Shown in pieces: positions 55,663-64,000 of a stretch of DNA of 64,000 nt. Source of the stretch: Eledone cirrhosa (Eukaryota); assembly GCA_964016885.1 (NCBI GenBank), contig OZ024762.1, positions 10,044,001 to 10,108,000 of the forward strand, written 5' to 3'. How positions within the stretch are numbered: the first letter of the stretch is position 1; the number at the start of each line of letters is the position of its first letter. The position numbers and the translations under genes were made by a program. Under the pieces are notes generated by a model. It ran no database searches. It saw only the letters and a list, made by a program, of their open reading frames with translations, and was not told the DNA's origin.

Positions 55663-57702
55663 TATTTGCACATATGCACAAAACAAAAGCCCTACCTAAG
55701 GTTTCAAGATAGGTCACAATTTCGATTCCTCTTATATACTGGAGATATGATCAATATTAGGCCTTGAAACCTTGGGTAGTGCTTTTGTTTCATGTATGGT
55801 GATGATGTTGGACATAGGATGATGATGTGGAGGGTTTGATTCCTGGGTTGGGTTGTGCGTTGTGTTCTTGAGCAAAGCACTTCATTTAACGTTGCTCCAG
55901 TATACTCAGCTGAAAATGATTACCAGTAATTGTAGGGGCTGGGGAGTTTAATCCTGCGATGGACTGGCATTCTGTCCAAGGGGAAGTTGTGTACTCTCAG
56001 TCACTTCATGCCACAGAAACCTGGACAAGGACCGGCCTCATGAACCTCCGAGCTCGAGACAGATTTTAGACTTTTTTTTTTTAGACTTACATTCTAGAGA
56101 TATGGTCATTATAGGGCCTTGAAACTTTAGGTAATGCTTTTGTTCTGTGTATGAACATAAAAAGGGAACCATCGACTTTCGTCAAATCGGACCGAGGAAA
56201 CAATGTTTCCATTGGTCTTTCCAGTTGCTAATACTATCTATCAGTCGCAACTCCAGATAGGAGAAGCAACGTGAAATAAAATGTCTTGCTCAAGGACATA
56301 ACGCATTCCCCTGGTCTGGGAATCGAACTCACAACCTCACGATTGCGAATCAAATTCTCTAACCACTCAGCCACACGCCTTCATAAATAATATAATATTT
56401 CTGCCCTCTTCCTGATTAAGCACTGCTTTCCTTTTTCCTACCCGCGGATATTTCTCCATACATAAATATGTGGGGGGTGTCTACACACTCAATCACACAC
56501 CACAACGAAGGGCGCTGGGGTTTCCCTCTAACGATAATTGTTGAGGCAAGCCAGCACACTCGTAGCATTGCCGCGAGTGATAGCGAGGCTAAGAGGCTAG
56601 AACAGCTAAGTACCTTTGCAGACATCATCTGATACCTCGGTAAGACGAGCCGCCAAAGATAAGAACTTTCTTGTCAGCCGGCCTGGCTCAATATATTTAC
56701 ATTCTGGTCATCGATGACGAATGTATTCCGGTAATACGACACACACACACATGCACACACACACACACATGCACACACATACACATACATACTCACAAGC
56801 ACACACACACACACACACACGCACACACACACACACACACATACATACTCACAAGCACCATTCGGTTGGGTAACAGGTGTATGCGTGTTTATGTGACTAC
56901 ATAAAATCCAGGAAGGTAACACAATACTAAATATATAATACCTACAGCACTAAAGCAGCGTGGCCCACAATAAAGACGCATCTGAACCCATATGCAATAA
57001 TTGTTTCTACTTTTGGCACAAGGCCAGCAATTACCCAGTGTATTACTGGTACTTTCAATAATGTTTATGTAAATTATACATATATGCAGGGCCTATGAGA
57101 GGGAGTCCAGCTGGGACTTTGTTCCAGAGGCTCAAGAGCTAAGAAGGCCCCACGGCAACCATGCAACATCCATTTTGAGAAAAAATCTTTGCCTGTTTCG
57201 GGCACTAAAGAGGTTTTGTATCACCTTGCAAAATTTTTCTTGGAGACCCTGCATGTATATATATATATTGTTATATTTGGGGAGGATCATATATATATAT
57301 ATCGGAAAATGCTTAACCCCGATGGCAGAGCTCAAGCCGTTTCAACCCGACTCGGTCGAAACGGGTTAAACATTTTCCTTTTACCCACTCTACTACCCTA
57401 AGTATTGAGTACTCTGGTGCGTTATGGTCCATCTGGTTCCTTACCACACTTCCTTCATTATATCATCATCATCATCATCATCGTTTAACGTCCATGTTCC
57501 ACGCTTGCATGGGTTTGGACGGGAGTTTTCCCACTTGAGGCAAGAGTGGTTGTCTTGCTCGCATAGGACTGTCTGGCGGGTTTTCTACAGCTGGATGCCC
57601 TTCCTAACACCAACCACATTTACAGTGTGGGGCTGGGAGGTTTTTACCGTGTTGCCTACACGGCCACATTACAGCGTGGACTGTGTGTTTTTTTGTCGTG
57701 AC

Positions 57703-57742
<40 letters not shown>

Positions 57743-57856
57743 CTTTATTCTTGAGCACGCTGTATCTGTACTATCGCTAACTCATACTAGCCCGTCAAAC
57801 TTGCCCATTATATAATATATCAGCTATCTACAATAAAGGTTATTTACAAAACCTAC

Positions 57857-57887
<31 letters not shown>

Positions 57888-57925
57888 ATATTAACAAATG
57901 GAAACTATATTTATAAAACCATATT

Positions 57926-57991
57926 TATTTCATTATACATATTTCAAGGGCCACCAGAGCAAACTATGGTGCGCTTCCATCAGATAAAATA
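57926..57991 (-). ncRNA. Family B hammerhead motif with mutated core (CTGATGG), probably inactive
   Basis: Stems I, II and III retained; A9G substitution in the core. Confidence 0.5.
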
Positions 57992-58292
57992 TAATATAGG
58001 TTAGTTTTATAAATAAATATTGACATACCCTTAAAAAATGCAACCATTCTGGTTGGAATCTCTTGTTGAGAGCTTTATATCAGTTATAAAAATATTTTGC
58101 TTGTTGTATCCCAACAAATTAAATATAAACTCTACATATATATATGTATATATATAGAAGAGAAATTCTACGAGCTTTTGATTCCAGAGTCGGGCCAGAT
58201 CAATACAATCGAACCTTGAGCTGATCAATCGCGAAACGCGCGTCACATCTCAATAAATGTAATGAAGATCTAGCACCTTGTCCTTTTTATTG

Positions 58293-58485
58293 TGGATTGG
58301 CAGTATCGGTAGAGGGCCGGACGCTATGCTTAGCAGCATCGAGTTACGGCCCTTTACGGTCTGAGTTCAAATCCCGCCGAGGTTAACTTTGCCTTTCATC
58401 CTTACGGGGTCGATAAAATAAAGTACCAGTAATGTACTGGGTAATTGATGGCCTTGTGACAAAAGTAGAAACAATTATTATTATT
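58293..58485 (+). mobile_element. tRNA-derived SINE, family 2 (ends ggccttgtg..aaaagtagaaac(aat/tat)n)
   Basis: B box GAGTTCAAATC; body gcctttcatccttacggggtcgataaaataaagtaccag. Further copies or fragments at 1-90, 11927-12122, 23445-23556, 41800-42260, 42583-42760, 49440-49590, 59517-59820. Confidence 0.85.
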
Positions 58486-58507
58486 ATACACACACACACA
58501 CACACAC

Positions 58508-58537
<30 letters not shown>

Positions 58538-58539
<2 letters not shown>

Positions 58540-59197
58540 CGAGGTGTGTCAGAAAAGTTCCAGGACTGATGTCACAAAAGATTTATTTCAAACCCAAACT
58601 TCACACTAAGAGTTTTCGAAGTAATCCCCCTGGAGTATGTAACTAATCTTAGCTCTCTGCAGCGATCAAACTTTTTTCTTCATAATTTTATATACATGTG
58701 GAGGCACATGGCTTAGTGGTTAGAGCATTGGCCTTGCAATCGAAAGGTTGTGAGTTCAATTCTCAGACCGGGTGGTGTGTTGTTTCCTTGAGCAAGAGAC
58801 TTTATTTCACATTGCTCCAGTTTACTCAGCTGTAGAAATGAGATGATAGGGACTGGGGTCCCTATCATTCCACTGCAAAGTGGTCGTGCAGGTGCCACGG
58901 CAAAAAAGCACCCAGCACTCACTGTAAATGAGGTTGGTGTTAGGAAGGGCATCCAGCTGTAGAAATCAAGCCAGAATTAGTTCCCGTCCCACCCTTGCAA
59001 TCAGGGAAAAGTGGACGTAAAATGAAATGATGATGATGATGATGATGTCCTCTGTTTCAGGTCATCAAGCAATGAGCACAGAGCAACGAACACACTTGAA
59101 GTTTCTGGTACGGTTGGGGAAAACTCCGTCAGAAGCACTGGGATTGCTGCAGCAAGTGTATGGAGATGAGACGATGTCAAGCTCACGTGTTTTTGAA
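58538..59197 (+). mobile_element. Mariner 5' fragment (TIR plus transposase N-terminal HTH), interrupted by a SINE
   Basis: TA-CGAGGTGTGTCAGAAAAGTTCC end; MSTEQRTHLKFLVRLGKTPSEALGLLQQVYGDETMS. Confidence 0.85.
58700..59047 (+). mobile_element. Full-length family 1 SINE nested in the mariner fragment
   Basis: Near-identical to 38126-38457. Confidence 0.9.
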
Positions 59198-60087
59198 TGT
59201 TCCAGTTTTATGAAAACCCTGAAAGGATGAAAGACAAAGTTGACCTCACTGGAATTTGAACTCGGAGCATAATATTCCTCGCTGATGTCAACTTTGCCTT
59301 CCATATTTTGTCCCCGGTGGACCCGTGGCCACCACCATAACCACCAAATTACTAGTGGTCCACCATCAGATTTAGAAATATTTAGGGTTGCCCAGTACCC
59401 CTCGCTGCTGTCTTTTGCTCTGATGTTGGCTCGGTTGTTCACCCCTTCTTTTACATTTTCTTTAATACTGTAACATTAAAAGAATATATCTTTCTGAAAG
59501 AATCGCCAGCAATATATAATTGTTTCTACTTTTGGCACAAGGCCAGCAATAACCCAGTACATTACTGGTACTTTATTTTATCGACCCCGTAAGGATGAAT
59601 GGCAAAGTTAACCTCGGCGGGATTTGAACTCAGAATGGAAAAGGCCTTAACTCTATGCGTCAAAGCATGGTGTCTGACCCTAACTTTTTACTGGCCTTGT
59701 GCCTATACTAAAAATCATTATTTCTTTAACTTTGCTTTTCATCCTTACGAGGTCGGTAAAATAAAGTACCAGTAATGCACTGGGATAATTGCTAGTCTTG
59801 TGCCAAAAGTAGAAACAATTATTATTTCTTTAATAATAAGGTACATCAGCCTAAAAAAATTATTTCGGTATTTTAACACATTTAATATACAAGATCGAAC
59901 GAACGAAAAGACAGGAAACCCCTTCATGTTAGTGTTATATTCACCGAAGAAGTCTCGATCTTCCATAATTCCTTTGTATCACCCTTCCCACCCTGCTTAC
60001 CAATATCTGTACTGGTCACCCAGCCCACAACTTCCTTTAACTATATGTACACCTCGAAAGGACTGATGCCAACCTACAAGGTTTTTG

Positions 60088-60130
<43 letters not shown>

Positions 60131-60139
60131 TATATAAAT

Positions 60140-60192
60140 GGCTTCTACAAGACTAGAACTGTTTCATTCGGAGGAAATCATGAGGAAAGCCC
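60140..60192 (-). ncRNA. Family A hammerhead motif with mutated core (CTCATGA), probably inactive
   Basis: ggctttc-CTCATGA-tTTC ctcc GAAt-GAAA-cagttctagtctt-GTA-gaagcc. Confidence 0.5.
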
Positions 60193-60543
60193 ATTTATAC
60201 TCTGCTATGTATTGAGTACCTTACTTACTGTGGTTACCCCCGATTGAACCTGGGATAAACACACATGCATGCATGCATACATACATTTGCATCTAATAAC
60301 TGCATATACACATGTACAGATACAAAGCATATACACATGCACACATACAACTCAAAACATACACATCCACACATACAATAACATCCATATCTACACATGC
60401 ATGCATGCATACATATCTCCCTAGTTGATGTTGTGTAAATTCCAATGAGAGAGTCTTATGTCTATGTTAGAAACCGACTCTCTATTGGTAACACTTTGTG
60501 AAATTATAAAACCAGAACATACATACATACATACATACATACA

Positions 60544-60574
<31 letters not shown>

Positions 60575-60732
60575 TGCAAAACATTCTTGCGATTCAAGGG
60601 ATGACAATTTCTTTTCTTTTACAACCTTGCCACCAGGAAGGTGGCCGGTCAAAAAAATATACTCGAAATTAAGAGAAAGAGATAACATACATACATACAT
60701 ACATACATACATACATACATACATACATACAT

Positions 60733-61201
60733 AGTAATACTGGTGGAACCTGAAAATAAAAACTGCCACCAAATTAAAGCACAACCGGCCTGATATTGTT
60801 GTTTGGGACCACACATTGAAAATGTGTTCTGTTGTGGAGATCAGCTGCCCACTTGATGTAAACGTTGTCAGAAAAATACAGGAGAAGGAGGACATCTACG
60901 GACCATTGATGAGGAGTTTACAAATCCAGTATCCAAGATACACCTTTAGCTTCATACCCATCATTATTGGAGCTACGGGTTATATACCAACCCGCTTGGA
61001 CCAAAGTATGACTGAACTTGGATTTGCGGACAAAAAGCGCAGCTCCCTAATTCATAGTCTACAAATGGCTGCGATAGCTGGCACCTTCAAAATTTGCAAA
61101 ACATTCTTGCGATTCAAGGGATGACAATTTCTTTTCTTTTACAACCTTGCCACCAGGAAGGTGGCCGGTCAAAAAAATATACTCGAAATTAAGAGAAAGA
61201 G

Positions 61202-61205
<4 letters not shown>
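60733..61205 (+). mobile_element. 3' end of an RLE-type non-LTR element (R4/Dong-like) with restriction-like endonuclease, in a (CATA)n/(CA)n tract
   Basis: HNRPDIVVWD..VVEISCP..EKEDIY..IPIIIGATG (PD-(D/E)xK-type RLE); a second, shorter 3' copy at 60573-60686. Confidence 0.85.
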
Positions 61206-61251
<46 letters not shown>

Positions 61252-61510
61252 TACATATGGTCCCAAAACTCCTGATAGAGCCCCCATCCCTCTCCAGGCC
61301 TGAGTACAGCAGATTTCTTCCAGAGAAAGATAGAAAGTAAGAGAGAGGAAATGGGGAAGAGATATAAAGGAAGAATCTACCCCAGTACTTTATATATACA
61401 TATATATATATATAAAGCGTAGAAGTGTCCAAGACCCCCTGTGGCCGGCTGGTGGGAGGGTCCCCCTGCCACCGTTCTTACTTTCTTCTTATTCCCACTG
61501 TATTTTAAGT

Positions 61511-61542
<32 letters not shown>

Positions 61543-61876
61543 CCCAACCAACGAGGGAGCCTTTCTCGATGCGGTGATTCGACCTGTTAGAAATAGCAGC
61601 CAAAAATCTTCCTCAAACTACGCACTACTATCTTTTTATTTATTTAAAAAAAAAATAAAGGGAGCATGCCAAACGAAATAATGTAAACAGAAATATACCA
61701 TGTTTAAAGATAGTGGAGGAAAAAAGGGTGTTGTCACAGCTGGAACAACTTTTGGTCATGGCTTATTGGGAACTAAACAACAGCAACAACAACAACGATA
61801 TATGTAAGATCAAAGTGAAATATAAGATTAAAAAGAATAGCAACAAAAACAAAAAAATGTGAACAAATGTTCTTAC

Positions 61877-62648
61877 TTTGGTTTTGCAGATAAGCTCGAC
61901 CGTGTTTTTTAATCCCTCTGTCTTCATTTTCCAGGCAATATTCCGATCTGACCGCTGTCCAGTAATGTGTCACCTCGGCGGCACTCGAGTATTCCGTGAA
62001 TGTGTCACTGTCGAAGCTGTCACGATAGCTGTCGTGCCACTGGTCATATATCTCAAATAACAAATCGTCGAATATAGAGCCGCGAGGCCGAGTTTGCCTA
62101 CAGTATGGGGCCATTTCGCAACTGTCTTCCGGTAAACATTCAATGTTTAACGGACTTGGGCTAGGGTTACGGTTGGGACTAGGGCTAGGGCTAAATTTGC
62201 TCGCTTTGTCAAGCTGCCCCTCGTCGGAATTGGTGCTAGTGGTGGCGTAACAAGCTGGTTCTGCTCCCGACACCGCCCGTGTGGTCGGGACTGAAGTAGC
62301 CGAGGGTGGTGGATGCGTCTCTTGCAGTCGGCCATCGACGGACGAAAACTTATCCCCGTGTCTGACATTGTTGCTGCCGTTGCTGTTGCTATCATTGGCG
62401 AACAGAGGAGATTTCCCCTGTCTGGGTCCCGTGGAAGTCACCGATATCCGGCCGCATGAGGCAACAGTCGACAGACGTACGGATTGTGGTTGTGGTGGTG
62501 GTGGTAGTGGTGGTGGGGTACCCACCAGGAAGACATCGTCGTCGGAGCTGTGTACCCTTTCCTGTGTACGCTTCGTTCCTCGTTCGTTGGGGACTGCTTC
62601 GTGTCTATTATCAAACCAAGGAGTCTCCAGACCTTCTTCCATCATCAT
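61877..62648 (-). CDS. TBC1D30: TBC1D30 coding exon 1 (long low-complexity N-terminus ending ...GSIFDDLLFEIY...RDSFDSD...AYLQNQ)
   Basis: ATG at 62648 with an in-frame TGA upstream (62661-62663). Donor A|GTAAGA at 61877/61876, phase 1. The C-terminal part resembles, from memory, the SLVSGLLNELY...RDSLDS...YLRQK segment of vertebrate TBC1D30. Confidence 0.85.
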
Positions 62649-63200
62649 ACCATGTTGGCTTCACTTTTTTTAAACAACAACAAAAACTTTTCCCCAAGCT
62701 GTTCACTATAGTTTACACATACAAACACGGGCGTGCTGTGCGACTGCCGTGACAGCAACAAGCATTATGGACGTGTTGTGTAGTATCTCTGTGTGTGTGT
62801 GTATGTATGGGAGAGAGAGACACACACATAGAACATATAGTTAAAGGTACTTGTATGTATGTAGTTGTTGTTTTTACTAAGTACACACCAGCTGCTTGGC
62901 TTCGCTGCTCCTGATCATTATTATTATTACTACGGTCATTATGGCTGGCAAAGTCTAAACTGGGACTATTCGCAATATATGTGAAGATGCGTGGCTTATG
63001 GTTAATGGGAGTGTTCGGCTCAGGATAATAAGGTCATATGTTCGATTCCCGGTAACACGTTGAGACCTTTTGAGCAAGGCGCTTTATTTCCTCTAGCTTC
63101 AGTCCACGTAGCTGGGGCCAAAAATTTGCGTTATATCTGGAATTCAAAGGGCTAGCTTTGTCACACACTGTGCTACCCCGAATCTCCCTGAGAACTACGT

Positions 63201-63444
63201 CAGGGACGGTGAAAATATTTCTGAATTGGGGTGAGGGGGGCCAAATTTGGTCAATTTAGTTGTAGTGATTAGTTTAGCTGTTATCAAATATCAATCAAGA
63301 TATAAAAAACTTCGATATGTGATAAACATAACATGTACATAAATTGTAGCGTATATACAAATAGATGTGTGTTTTTGGTAGTTTGGAGAGAAAATATATA
63401 ATTATTGGGGGGCGGGGTCCCCCTACGCAGTTCCACTGCCCCTG
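63201..63444. mobile_element. Decayed hAT-like MITE inserted in an old SINE
   Basis: Imperfect TIRs CAGGGACGGTGAAA / CAGGGGCAGTGGAA. Confidence 0.45.
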
Positions 63445-64000
63445 TACCTTAGCGGTACACGTGTTAGTGGAATGCCCAACCCCATGCACGTAAATTTCAC
63501 ACATATTTCAATGTTCGAAATCCAGTTAGTATCCGTGTGATCTGGAGACAGTTGGATGAAAAAATACCAAAGCAACATTTAAGCTTCGTCTCTTTACCGT
63601 TCTGAGTTCAAATCCCACCGAGGGTCATTATGTCTTTTCCATTTCCAGAGATCATTAGAAATAAAGTACCAGTGAAATATTAGGACGGGGGTCTATTTTA
63701 AGGGAAATTCCACAGCTGCACAGGTCTTTGAGGCAAATGACATGACCCAGTGTTTTGATATTCTCTGAGTCTGAGAAGCATTTGTAATGGTTTAAACAAG
63801 GGGCGTGCAACAGGTGGGCCATGGGCCACAATCCGACCCACCAGGCCAGTCAGAGTGGCCCGCGATGACCGGTTTTGATTTTTACCTTGTAGGCCTATTT
63901 AGGATTTTTTTCGTAACTGTAATACAATTTTCTGTTAGTTGACCTATACTAAAGGGCTTCACTGATAGGGTTACGTGTGTTATAATTTCCCAGTTCCATG

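Overview
AT-rich, microsatellite-saturated animal genomic DNA. An octopod/cephalopod origin is inferred from the SINE/LINE repertoire and is not confirmed. The whole window lies in one minus-strand gene, TBC1D30 (Rab-GAP). I traced 8 coding exons with GT-AG junctions and consistent phases from 62648 to 121, and the gene continues past the left edge. There is also a probable alternative first exon at 9102-9237. The introns hold a 7.7-kb 78-bp minisatellite with a 2718-bp higher-order duplication, several smaller minisatellites, two tRNA-derived SINE families, a near-intact 5'-truncated RTE LINE carrying a PHD-like finger, an R4/Dong-like LINE end in (CATA)n, and mariner/MITE remnants. The main unannotated signal is about 20 type I hammerhead-ribozyme motifs (CUGANGA-stem II-GAAA-palindromic stem III-NUH-stem I) from at least 8 sequence families. 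They sit in short, often inverted-duplicated inserts in or beside (TA)n tracts, and they show stem covariation and natural core variants (U3-A8, U4C). They are most simply read as Penelope-like/retrozyme termini. All folds were read by eye; none was computed or tested.
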